The notes under the pieces: model-generated
What the model was told of the DNA's origin: nothing
Database searches by the model: none
Seen by the model: the letters and a program-made list of their open reading frames with translations, nothing else
Assembly: GCA_009602735.1 (NCBI GenBank)
Contig: WELA01002297.1
Coordinates: 62,001 to 126,000, forward strand
Length of the DNA: 64,000 nucleotides
From: Mesotaenium endlicherianum
Taxonomy: Eukaryota
Direction of reading: 5' to 3'
In this document: positions 11,424-22,426 of the stretch, piece by piece
How positions within the stretch are numbered: the stretch's first letter is position 1
Layout: the number at the start of each line of letters is the position of its first letter
Program-made: the position numbers and the translations under genes

Positions 11424-13575
11424 TGTAGAAAATAAGCAGTCCTAGTTCAATTTGCTTCGCACGTGCGTTCACATGTGTGGAGGATGACTGAAGTGTGTGG
11501 TCGGTCGAGTCTAGTTGATGATGGTAGAGAGTGTCGATGTGTAGGGCATTTAGTGTGTGGAGCTGGGAAGGTGGTAGTCGTGACACAACTAGGCAAGAGG
11601 AGGCACAAGTTTACAATGCCGAATGTGCTTCACTGTACGGGACTGGTGAAGAACCTGTTTTCAATACCAAAGACCACAGCCTTGGGAAACACAGTGGTGT
11701 TTGAAGGAAGAGAGTGTCGAGTCATGGACTCGAACAGCGATGTGGTAATGAAGGCTGTGAAATCAAGTGTTCAAGGCAGCCTGTTCAAAATCCAGTGCCA
11801 AGCTGAGGTTGCTCTATCTGTGATGGACCAGGTTCTTCAGGTTGAGTTTGCACTTGGTGCACAGGGCTACTCTCAGACAGAGGGAGAGGACTATCATGAG
11901 ACCTTTGCACCAGTTGCCAAGATTGCCACAATGAGAGTGGTGGCACAATTTGCTGCAGTGAAGGACATGGAGATGCACCAGATGGACGTAAAGACTGCAT
12001 TTCTATATGGAAAACTGGAAGAGGAGGTCTACATGGAGGAGCCAGAGGGATTTGTCGATGAGAGATTCCCAAAGAAGGTGTGCAAGCTGAAGAAGTCCCT
12101 GTATGGATCAAAGCAGTCTCCAAGAATGTGGAACCAGAAGATAGACTCCTTTCTTCAAGGTGAGGGCTTTGTGAAGTCCAATACTGACAGCAGTTTGTAT
12201 ATGAAGGGAGCAGGAGAAGACAGGGTGATGCTGGTGCTGTATGTTGATTACCTGCTACTTGTTTGCAAGAAGATGGTGGAGGTGCAGAAGGTGAAGAATG
12301 CCCTGAGTCGAGCTTTTGATATGAAGGATTTGGGAGAGGTGCAGTTTGAGCTTGGCATTCAGGTGAAAAGAGACAGGACCAAGAGGACTGTAATGTTGGG
12401 TCAGCCGGCATACCTACAGACAGTATTGGAGAGATTTGATATGATGAGCTGTAAGCCTGTCAATGTGCCCCTTGATCCTAAGCAGAAGCTGAGCTCGAGC
12501 ATTTGTGCTAAGGATGAGCATGAATGGGAGATGATGTCTCAGGTGTCGATGAGGAAGGTTGCAGGCAGCATTATGTACCTGATGGTGTGCAAACGTCTTG
12601 ATATTGTTAACGTTGTAGGGGTAGTTAGCCAATTTATGGAGAATCCAAGACCTGCACACTGGGAGGCTATGAAGAGGATATCGAGATATTTGAAAGGGAC
12701 ACCAAACCTATGGCTGCACCTAGGAGGAAGTGAAAGTGTGACACTAGAAGGGTGCAGTGATGCTGACTGGGGAGGAGACGTAGACACTCGGAGGTCTACA
12801 ACAGGTTATGCATTTTCTTTGGCTAAAGGTGCTGTGACCTGGAAGAGTAAGAGACAGAAGGTGGTGACTTTATTGTCTATGGAGGCAGAGTATATGGCTG
12901 CTTTGCAGGCAGTTAGGGAGGCATTGTGGCTGAGAAGGCTTTTGGAGGACCTGGGCTATGAGCAGAAGAAGCCCACGGTTATTTTGAGTGACAGTCAGAG
13001 CTACATTGCCTTAGGGTAGAATACTGTTGAGCATGCTAGGAGTAACCACATAGACATTCAGTACCATAAGTGTAGAGAGTGTGTACTTGATGGAAGTGTA
13101 GAGTTCAGATATATCAAAATTGATAAGATGGTGGCTGATTCTTTGACTAAGGCTGTTCCTAGAGTAAAGCACCAGTGGTGTGCTGAGATGTTAGGACTAA
13201 AAGAGATAGTGAGCAAATAGATTAGAACTGAGAGGGAGTGTAGAATATAAGCAGTCCTAGCTCTATTTGCTTAGCACGTGCGTTCACATGTGTGGAGGTT
13301 GACTGAAGTGTGTGGTCGGTCGAGTCTAGTTGATGATGGTAGAGAGTGTCGATGTGTAGGGCATTTATTGACTAGGACTGTCGATTAGTTCGAGGTAGGT
13401 TAGCAGCCGCCATTGTGAATATGGAGGGGTAAGGAAGCTTTGTAAAGTTACACTTGAGTAAGAAAGAGTTGAGCCCTCGAGAAAGAGAGTGCTCCTCTTG
13501 GTGTCGTGTGCATGCTTATATGTGTTGTGTATGAGCTGCAAGTGAAGTGTTTGCCTTGCTATAGAATGAGTAAGC
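11424..13575 (+). mobile_element. Internally deleted Ty1/copia element (truncated 5' LTR 11424-~11551; 3' LTR from 13239, right end approximate)
   Basis: ORF 11463-13019 joins a protease fragment directly to copia RT (ETFAPVA, QMDVKTAFL, LYVDY) and RNase H (SDADWGGD..RRSTTG); integrase is missing. PPT GAGAGGGAG precedes TGTAGAATATAAGC, which repeats 11424. Confidence 0.88.
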
Positions 13576-13599
13576 AATGGCAGACAAAGATTATCAACA

Positions 13600-15690
13600 G
13601 ATGCAAAACGAGCCCCGGTGAGGTCTACATCAGAGGATCCGGGGTTACGACTGAGACCGTCTACGTCCTGATTACTTAGACCCGCCTTCTGCTCAATGGT
13701 GAAATTGTATTCTTGTAATATCCGAGCCCAACGTGCGTATTTTCCTGTGAGTTTCTGATTAGTCATCAACCACCGCAAAGGCTGGTGATCAGTGATCAAA
13801 TTGAATTGCGTGCCATAGAGGTAAGGCGAAAGTGAATTACACCCCAAACAGCAGCCAAGCACTCCCCCTCATACGAACTACGGTCTGCAGGGTTGTTACT
13901 ACGGCTGGAATATGCAACGACGTACTCTTGTCCCTCCTTATCCTCCTGAGCAAGTACAGCCCCCAAACGCAGATGACTCCAGTCGGTGTGCAAAGAGAAA
14001 GGCTTCTCGTAATTTGACCTGCGCAGGATGGGCGCTAAGGAGAGAAGGTCTTTTAGTCTGTCAAATGCAGCTTGGCGTTCACTAGTCCATTCCCAAGGTA
14101 CATCCTTCTTAAGGAGTTCGTTTAACGGGGCTGCAACCGCACTAAAGTCTGGACAGAAACGACGGTAATACCCAGTAATCCCCATGAAGGCCCTCAATTG
14201 AGACATATCCGTGGGCACAGGCAAGCGACAAATTGCATCGACTTTAACTTGTTGTGGTGTTAACCCTCCAGGAACAATGTGATGTCCTAGGTACGGAACC
14301 GACAGGGTAGCGATTTTACACTTGCCAGGGTGACACCCGCGGCCTTTAAACACTGTAAGACTTGTTCTACGTGTGCTAGGTGTTCATCCACAGTGCGGCT
14401 GAAAATGAGGACATCATCAATATAACAACGAGCGAAAGGGAGTCCACTAAGCACTCGATCCATGATACCCTGGAATTGGGCAAGGGCATTCTTTAACCCA
14501 AAAGGCATGACCTCCCACTGGTACATCCGCCGCTTACCCCAAAATGCAGTTTTATGTTTATCCTTGGGGTCAATGAGAATCTGATTAAACCCCTGACGCA
14601 GGTCAAACACGTTGAAAACACTTGCGTCCTCGAGGACATCGAAGATACCTTCGGGCACGGGCATGGGGTAGCGATCCAGTTTTGTAACACCATTTATACC
14701 GCGATAATCCCCACACATGCGTTTTTCAGTGTAGTTCCCCATAGCGTCCTTCTTTGCGGGCATGACTGTGGGGGCTGCAAAATCCGGCATCGACCTTTCA
14801 ATCATATCAGGTTGTAACAATTCCGTGATCTTTTCCCGCATAATATTGTGGTCCACTTTAGCATGCCAATAATCCCTCAAGAAGACCGATCCGTTGTTGT
14901 GAGATCAATAGTGAATTGAGACACAGTACACCTTCCCAAATCCATGATTGACCTTGCAAAACATTCCTCATTCCGTTCAAGCATCGTAGTGAATCGCAAG
15001 GTTTCCTCGGTAGTTAACTGTGTGCCCAAATCCCATCCGTCCTTAGGTTTGGGTACAGGAGGGGGGTCTGGAGTCTGTAATTGCTATGCAAGCGTCAAAA
15101 AATCCGATGCAACCCCCCCCCCCCCAGCCGAAAGCATGTAAGTGACAGGCTGAGATATGGAGGAAAGGGTCGGGAAGACGAGCATTGAGGATAGGCAGGA
15201 CAGAGAATAGCCAAGTGAGGGCATGAATATGCATAACACGACCAAGGAGTTGGCAACGTTGAATGGGGGATAAAGACGGAGAGGCAGTGCCGTGGGGAAT
15301 AAATCCAAGAATGAGTTTGCGTTCGGACGCGGAGGGCTCAACATAGCGGTTGGTGCGTGAATCAAACAACATGCCAGGCCCATAGTGGCAAAATGCGTAA
15401 GACTGAGGGCGGCTGACAAGTGTGGGAAACGCAGCACGTGGATGACCGGAAAAGTTGACCTGACAGAAGGAAGAATGATCCATGCGACTGACTTCCATAG
15501 GGCAACGGTTGGGGGCGAGGATGGAAGTAACGGCAATACGAGGAGGATGGGTGTGGATGTGATGAGTGATGGGTGCAAGAGTAAGAGGGGGCACAAGGGT
15601 TTGCCAGAACACACGGGAACGGTGAGCATAAGACTCCACTGCGCCCGCATCAAGTGTAATCTCGCCACTTCTGGTAGCCACTTCTGAGGT
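13600..15690 (-). pseudogene. Remnant of a second DNMT-gypsy family: C-terminal half of the DNMT directly followed by RT and RNase H
   Basis: ORF 15043-15693: AHRSRVFWQ (VIII), AFPTLVSRPQSYAF..GPG, EPSASERKLILGF (IX), RCQLLGRVM (X). ORF 14287-14880: KKDAMGNYTEKRMCGDY..YIDD. ORFs 13796 and 13365: RNase H. Confidence 0.85.
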
Positions 15691-15950
15691 CAAAGATGTA
15701 GCGATCCATCTTCTCCTCTAGAGACCTGTTGGGGATCTCAAGCGTGGGGGCATGAAATCTGGATGTGTACTCTTGAACAGACGTCGTTTGCTTGAGATGG
15801 TGAAGCTTTCCTCGGGCAATCTTCTCCGCATTGATGGGCATGAATTGCTTCTTGAGGCCTTCAAAAAAATCTGCCCATCTTGCATATGATGGTGGGGGCT
15901 CTTGGTTTGGCACAGGGTGCTCCGTAGCTTGATATACAACCTGTTGAAAA
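15690..15950 (-). pseudogene. Gypsy gag fragment (continuation of the gag at 21356-21698)
   Basis: WADFFEGLKKQFMPINAEKIARGKLHHLKQTTSVQEYTSRF is a retrotransposon gag core, similar to the gag at 27698. Confidence 0.8.
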
Positions 15951-16655
15951 TCCTCTTCATCCATCTTGCTTCTTACCGCACTTTCTCTCAGCTGGTCACA
16001 CAGACAGCTTACTCTCTCTTCAAGTTACACAGACTTAGCTGGTCACACAGACAGCTTCCTTTAGTCACACAGACAAGGCCACACAGACCTAAGCAGAACA
16101 AGCACTTAGCATAGATCTTGCACACACACTCTTTCGCGGAGACTCTTCTTCTTTTCTTACTCTCAAAAGTTTACCATACAACTCCTTTCACAGCGCCTAT
16201 ATTCACTTGGCGGCTGCTCACCTACCTAGAACTCATTGACACTCCAAACCTAAGGTCCTACTGTCCTGCACATCTACATAATCAACACCATGTTGACACA
16301 TCGACGGTTCACCCACTTTGACTATGACACAAGTCTACACTATGCATCGACACACACACATGCAAGCACAACAAACCGACATAAGCAAATAGAGTCAGGA
16401 GTGCCTATTTACAATACTCCCTCTCAGCTCCTACTTTATTTAACTACACACTCTCAAACCAAATATCTCACCACACCATTGGTGCTTAGCTCTTGGGACT
16501 GCCTTTGTCAAGGAATCAGCCTCCATCTTATAAGTCCTTACGTATCTAAACTCTACACTGCCATCCAGCACACACTCCCTGCACTCATGATATTGAATAT
16601 CAATGTGCTTACTGCTAGCGTGCTCTACTGGGTTCTTACCCAGTGCAATGCAGCT

Positions 16656-19600
16656 CTAACTGTCACTCAGAATCACCGTGGGTCTCTCTTGCGTGTAGCC
16701 AAGGTCCTCCAATAATCTTCTCAACCACAGAGCCTCCCTGAGTGCCTGTGAGGCAGCCATGTACTCAGCTTCCATGGAGGACAATGCCACCACCTTCTGC
16801 CTCTTACTCTTCCAAGTCACAACACCCTTGGCAAGAGAGAATGCGTACCCTGTAGTAGACTTCCTGGTGTCTATATCACCACCCCAATCAGAATCACTGC
16901 AACCCTCCAAACTCACACTCTTTGTTCCTCCCAAATGCAACCACAAATTAGGAGTGCCCCTCAGATATCTCAGGATTCTCTTCATCGCCTCCCAGTGAGC
17001 TGAACCTGGGTTCTCCATAAACCGCCTCACCACTCCAACAGCATTAGCAATATCAGGCCTTGTGCAGACCATTAAGTACATTATCCTGCCAGCCACCTTC
17101 CTCATAGGCACCTGAGACATCATCTCCCACTCTTCCTCACCCTTGGCACACATACTCGAGCTCAGCCTATGCTTAGGGTCAAGAGGCACGCTGACAGGCT
17201 TGCACATCTGCATATCAAACCTTTCCAGGACTGTCTGCAGGTAAGCTGGTTGCCCAAGCATGATCATCCTCCTGGCCCTCTCTCTCTTCACCTGTATGCC
17301 AAGCACGAACTCCACCTCTCCAAGATCCTTCATATCACATGTGCTACTCAGCACATCCTTCACTTCTTGGATCTTCTCCATCTTCTTCCCCACCAGCAGC
17401 AGATCATCCACATACAGCACCAGCATCACTCTGTCCTCCCCAATGCCCTTCATATAAAGGCTGCTGTCTGCATTTGACCTCATAAATCCTTGCTCTAACA
17501 GAAATGAGTCAATCTTCTGATTCCACATCCTGGGTGACTGCTTCAAACCATAAAGAGACTTCTTCAGCTTGCAAACCTTCTTGGGAAACCTGGCATCAAA
17601 AAATCCTTCAGGCTGCTCCATGTACACCTCCTGCTCCAAGTCCCCATTCAAGAATGCCGTCTTCACATCCATGTAATGCATCTCCATATCCTCCACAGCT
17701 GCGATCTGGGCCACCACTCTCACAGTAGCAATCTTGGCAACAGGGGCAAACGTCTCATGATAATCTTCTCCCTCTGTCCGTGAGTACCCCTTTGCCACAT
17801 ACCTTGCTTTGTACCTGTCCACAGATCCATCTGCCTTTCTCTTCTTTTTGTAGATCCACCGGCCTCCAACAACCTTCTTGCCAGGTGGCAGGTCCTCCAA
17901 GTCCCAGGTGTGATTCTTCTCCAATGACTCCATCTCCTCTGCTGAGGCCTTCCTCCACTCCTTTGCTGCTTCTGTCTTCATGGCTGCCTCATAGGTCTTT
18001 GGCTCAGAGTCATCAACCATATAGGCAACCTCACACTCCATTTCATCTTCTGCCAGTTCCTCAACGAGGTTGACATACTCATCCACTCCAAACTTCACAG
18101 GCTTCACACTCTCTCTGGTGGAGCTTCTTCTTGCTGCATGACCCTCTCCACTGGTCGAGGCCTCAACACCAGTTCTTGACCTAGAGCTCCTCTCAGCTCT
18201 CTCTGCTGCAACAGGCTCCTTGCCTGCTCTTCTCCCTGGTCTCCTTTTGGCTGCTCTTGAGGGTCTCTCTCCAACGAACTCTACTTCACTGTCAGAGTCA
18301 GAGGCAGCTCCCTCTTGCTCAACACCTCTCTCCACTTCTGCCTGTCCTCCTGCAGCTGGCTGCTGCACCTCAGGCTGTACCTGAGCTCCCTCTGGAAATG
18401 CATCCAGTTCAGGCTGCACTCCCTCTGGCAACGCAGCCAGTCCAGGCTGCACTGCTTCCTTCTTTTCCAGATCTTTTGGAACATACCCCTCATACTGAAT
18501 GGAGTTTAAAGGATCCATCACCCTCTCATTGAAGACAACGTCCCGGCTTACAACCACTTTACCAGTCTTGACATTCAGAACCAGGTACCCCTTACTCTCA
18601 TCTGCATACCCCACAAATACACATCTCTCCGACTTAGGCTGCAACTTGTGCCTCTTCTCAATGGGGATATGAGACCACACCTCAAAACCAAACACTCTGA
18701 GCTCCTGCACAGACAACTTCTTCCCACTCCACACTTCTTCCGGGATCTTCCCTCCAAGTGATGAGGATGACAACCTGGCACTGACATATGCTGCTGTCTT
18801 CACTGCCTCTGCCCACAGGCTCACATGCACATCTGCAGCAAATAGCATGGCTCTCGCTGACTCCATCAGTGTCCTGTTCTTCCTCTCTACTACCCCATTC
18901 TGCTGAGGGGAGTAGGTGACCGTGTGCTCATGCCTGATCCCTTGCTCCTTCAGATATTTGGAGAAGTACCCGTTCACATACTCTGTTCCATTGCCTGTTC
19001 TCAGAGTCTTGATCTTCCTCCCGCTCTGATTCTCCACTGCCAACTTGTACTCCAAGTACTTCTCAAATGCCTGGTCCTTGTGCTTCATGAAGTACGCTTC
19101 TGTCTTCCGGGAATAATCATCAGTGAAGGTGATGTACATCTTATTCCCTATCCTCTTGGCTGCTGTCCTAGCAGGCCCCCACACGTCCGAATGGACCAAC
19201 TCCAAGGGCTCTGTGGCCCTCTTCACCTCTTCTCCTCTTGGAAATGCTGCTCTCGACTGCTTCCCCATCTGGCACCCTCTGCAGAAGTCCAAGCTCTGCC
19301 CACTGAAATCTGGTAGTCCTCCCTGCTTCTCCTTTGACATCTTCTTCAACTTCTGCTCACTGATGTGCCCCAGCCTCTGGTGCCACAGGTTGATGTCTCC
19401 ACTCTTCTTCTCTTCAACCTGGGCTTCTCCTGCTGAGTTAACCGCTTTGGCCTCCAGGGCCTGCAGTTCACACACCACCTCAGCTTCAAATTTTAGCTGG
19501 AACAGACTTCCCTTGACTGCTGCCTTTCGTGCTTTCAGGCACACATCTCCCTTTTCAGTAAGAACCAAGCAAGAAGAGCCTTGAAACAGCACCTTGTTTC

Positions 19601-19841
19601 CCAATGCAGTAGTATTGGGCACAGAGAACAGATTCTTCACTAAGCCAGGTGTGTGCAGCACATCCTGCATTGTGAATTTCCACTGCTTCCTTTCAATCTT
19701 TGAATGCACAACTACCTTTCCTGTGCCAATCCCGGCCAGCAAATTTCCATCTCCCACTCTGATGGGAACAGGCTCACACAGCTTGTAGTCATACAGGAGA
19801 TCTCTCCGAGACGTGCAGTGCCGGGATGCTCTACCCACCAC
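16656..19841 (-). CDS. Copia pol (protease, integrase, RT, RNase H); frameshifted at both ends
   Basis: 1061-aa ORF with LWHQRLGH, CRGC, VHSDVWGP, PQQNGVVERKNR, MDVKTAFLNG, YVDDLL, SDSDWGGD. Confidence 0.93.
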   Translation of the reverse strand: MVGRASRHCTSRRDLLYDYKLCEPVPIRVGDGNLLAGIGTGKVVVHSKIERKQWKFTMQDVLHTPGLVKNLFSVPNTTALGNKVLFQGSSCLVLTEKGDVCLKARKAAVKGSLFQLKFEAEVVCELQALEAKAVNSAGEAQVEEKKSGDINLWHQRLGHISEQKLKKMSKEKQGGLPDFSGQSLDFCRGCQMGKQSRAAFPRGEEVKRATEPLELVHSDVWGPARTAAKRIGNKMYITFTDDYSRKTEAYFMKHKDQAFEKYLEYKLAVENQSGRKIKTLRTGNGTEYVNGYFSKYLKEQGIRHEHTVTYSPQQNGVVERKNRTLMESARAMLFAADVHVSLWAEAVKTAAYVSARLSSSSLGGKIPEEVWSGKKLSVQELRVFGFEVWSHIPIEKRHKLQPKSERCVFVGYADESKGYLVLNVKTGKVVVSRDVVFNERVMDPLNSIQYEGYVPKDLEKKEAVQPGLAALPEGVQPELDAFPEGAQVQPEVQQPAAGGQAEVERGVEQEGAASDSDSEVEFVGERPSRAAKRRPGRRAGKEPVAAERAERSSRSRTGVEASTSGEGHAARRSSTRESVKPVKFGVDEYVNLVEELAEDEMECEVAYMVDDSEPKTYEAAMKTEAAKEWRKASAEEMESLEKNHTWDLEDLPPGKKVVGGRWIYKKKRKADGSVDRYKARYVAKGYSRTEGEDYHETFAPVAKIATVRVVAQIAAVEDMEMHYMDVKTAFLNGDLEQEVYMEQPEGFFDARFPKKVCKLKKSLYGLKQSPRMWNQKIDSFLLEQGFMRSNADSSLYMKGIGEDRVMLVLYVDDLLLVGKKMEKIQEVKDVLSSTCDMKDLGEVEFVLGIQVKRERARRMIMLGQPAYLQTVLERFDMQMCKPVSVPLDPKHRLSSSMCAKGEEEWEMMSQVPMRKVAGRIMYLMVCTRPDIANAVGVVRRFMENPGSAHWEAMKRILRYLRGTPNLWLHLGGTKSVSLEGCSDSDWGGDIDTRKSTTGYAFSLAKGVVTWKSKRQKVVALSSMEAEYMAASQALREALWLRRLLEDLGYTQERPTVILSDS

Positions 19842-20096
19842 CTGTTCCTATCCTCCTCTGCAGCACATGTGTAAGCTTCCTCAACAGTGACAGCATGTGC
19901 ATTCTCCTCATGGGCACGGGAGGAGGTACCTTCACTCTTCTTCTGTGGACAAGGCCTTCTCATCACACCTATAACAGACGAAGTCTGTGCAGCTCGATGC
20001 CAAGTGCTCGGGCTTTCCACATTGATAGCATGCCCTCACTCCTCCCCTGCCTCTTCCTCCTTGGTGGCCACCTCTGCTGGATGACCCTCCTCCTCC

Positions 20097-20762
20097 TCAA
20101 CTTGTGCTGGCCACATTCATCTCCTCCAGTTGCAGAGCCAGATCTGCTGCTGCTGCTTTCTTCACTCTCACCATCTCCATCTCCTTTTCACTGTTCAGCA
20201 GTCTGGTCTTCACTACTCTCAGTGTCATGGCATTCACATCCATATTCAGCAGCACCTCCTTAGTCATGTTGAACTTGGGTCTCAGCCCCATCAGCAGTTG
20301 GATCACCTGGTCCGCCTCTGCTACCTCAGCTTCAATAGCTTGCATTTCTTGACTCAACTTCAGCATGCGGGAGAAGTACCCCTGTATGCTTTCTCCATCT
20401 TCCATTGCAAAGTGATTGAATTGCCTCTTGTAGATCTGCTTGCTAGCTGTGCTGACCGACTGATGAAACGTCTTCAATGCCTCCCATACTTCTATACTGG
20501 TTGTTAGTCTGCACACTCTCAACAGAGGCTCCGTCCCCAAGCTCTTGATCAGGAGCGAGAAGGCATGTGCCTCCCTTCTCTTCCACTTTGCGCGCTCCTT
20601 CTCTCTGGTTGTCACATCTGCTGCTGATGCTCCTGCTGCCAACACTGCTGGCAGCGTATCCGTCCCGAGAACAATGTCCTTCAACTCGTACCGTGCTAAC
20701 TGCGCCATGCACTTCATTGACCACACAAAGTACTCTGTACTCTTCCCATCAAAGTGCGGCAT
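20097..20762 (-). CDS. Copia gag (frameshifted before the zinc knuckle)
   Basis: PHFDGKSTEYFVWSMKC..VWEALK..MEDGESIQGYF..LLMGL is a copia gag (UBN2-like) pattern immediately after the PBS. Confidence 0.85.
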   Translation of the reverse strand: MPHFDGKSTEYFVWSMKCMAQLARYELKDIVLGTDTLPAVLAAGASAADVTTREKERAKWKRREAHAFSLLIKSLGTEPLLRVCRLTTSIEVWEALKTFHQSVSTASKQIYKRQFNHFAMEDGESIQGYFSRMLKLSQEMQAIEAEVAEADQVIQLLMGLRPKFNMTKEVLLNMDVNAMTLRVVKTRLLNSEKEMEMVRVKKAAAADLALQLEEMNVASTS

Positions 20763-21355
20763 CCTCGAATCGCCTGCTCCATACCATGTCAAAAATAGGA
20801 TGCCCTTCCCCCCGAAAGACAAATGAACATTTGTCTTTCCTATGCGGGCAGAATCCCCCGTGGTTTCTCCCTTTGCCCTAAGTGCCCCCCCTGTCCTCTT
20901 CATCCATCTTGCTTCTTACCGCACTTTCTCTCAGCTGGTCACACAGACAGCTACTCTCTCTTCAAGTCACACAGACTTAGCTGGTCACACAGACAGCTTC
21001 CTTTAGTCACACAGACAAGGCCACACAGACCTGAGCAGATCAAGCATTTAGCATAGGTCTTGCACACACACTCTTTCGCGGAGACTCTTCTTCTTTTCTT
21101 ACTCTCAAGAGTTCACCATACAACTCCTTTCACAGCGCCTATATTCACTTGGCGGCTGCTCACCTACCTAGAACTCATCGACACTCCAAACCTAATGTCC
21201 TACTGTCCTACACATCTACACAATCAACACCATGTCGACACATCGACGGTTCACCCACTTTGACTATGACACAAGTCTACACTATGCATCGACACACACA
21301 CATGCAAGCACAACAAACCGACATAAGCAAATAGAGTCAGGAGTGCCTATTTACA

Positions 21356-22426
21356 ACACAGCCGCTTGGTAGTTACGCCACCATGAGGTTGCTGCTCCTC
21401 CAAGCAAGGTTACGGCAAAAGCAAAGTAGTCCGGCTCGGGTACTTCAAGGAATGCGAGGTACGTCTCCACTCGATAGAGCCACGAATTCAGGTTGGCACC
21501 TTTCCCGGGGTTGAAAGCGTCAGATTTGCCGGGCTTGATGAGCTTTCTTGCTCTCGTAGGCTCCTGTGGAGGCGCGGGAGCCGGGGCTAGATTTGGGATG
21601 TTGCTTGCAATAGGGCCAGCCATGGCAGCCCTAGCCTCTCTCGATGCTTGCACGGTTCCCTCGTAGATGGCCACACCCACTTGGTTGTGGTCGCTCATTA
21701 GAAAGGCTGCCCACTCACTCCTTGCGATGGGGTCAACCTTGCTATAGCGGCGGCCACGAGATCTGATGGCGGTCTTCCTTGTGATGCTCCTTGTGGCAGA
21801 TTTTATTGCGTTGGCGCTGGAGGGGGGCCTCTTGGAGATGGAGCGCCACCTTTAAAAGCTTGCTGTTGGTCTGGAGGATCGGCCATCTTCTTGTGCCACC
21901 AAAGTGCCTGGCTCCGATACCATTGTAGTGAGACAGATAGATAAAGTACTTAGTAAAATAAAATACTTTATCTATTCAAGACAAGGATCTTTGAACACAA
22001 GTGGTAGCTTCTTGAGAGAGATGGTTTCTACAAAGTGAGTATATTTCTGGAACTTGGCAAGTACAATAGTGATTCTGGAATGTCTTTCTATGTTCTAGCT
22101 CTCGCTTATATAATTGCTACATAAGTAATTTTTAGGAAGGTGCATGTCAATGTGTTGGCACCCAACACATCCCAAAAAGTGCCATCTCTTTCTAGAATAA
22201 TGTACACATGTCATTTTGACCTAAAAATGGCATACTTGACTTTTGCCACATGGAGTTCTTTTAGGTCATGCTACCAATTTCGAAAATGCCCTAGAAAGTA
22301 CAAGGAACATGAACCAGGCCACTGGAATATCTATTCACACTTGAACCCACACATAATAATTCTACAGATTTCCAAAAGTATTAAAATATGAAAAGCAACT
22401 AATATACTCTAGCATATATCACTACA
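21356..22426 (-). mobile_element. 5' part of a tRNA-Met-primed gypsy: LTR 21924-22426, PBS 21911-21922, gag start 21698
   Basis: LTR bounded by perfect 8-bp inverted ends TGTAGTGA..TCACTACA. PBS TGGTATCGGAGC. Gag motif LNSWLYRVETYL..LLGGAATSWW. Confidence 0.88.

Larger units (their letters stand above)
15951..21355 (-). mobile_element. Near-complete Ty1/copia element inserted in a gypsy gag (5' LTR 20787-21355; 3' LTR 15951-16413 truncated)
   Basis: Near-identical LTRs starting TGTAAATAGG. Met-like PBS TGGTATGGAGC at 20776-20786. PPT GCTGAGAGGGAG next to 16413. Order gag, protease, integrase, RT, RNase H. Confidence 0.95.

Noticed and set aside
15650..21698. Gag at 21698/15950 and the DNMT-RT remnant as one element
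   Set aside because: The junction is abrupt, lacks the rest of gag, the protease and the DNMT N-half, and the gag resembles the tRNA-primed chromovirus. More likely two elements fused by deletion; unresolved.
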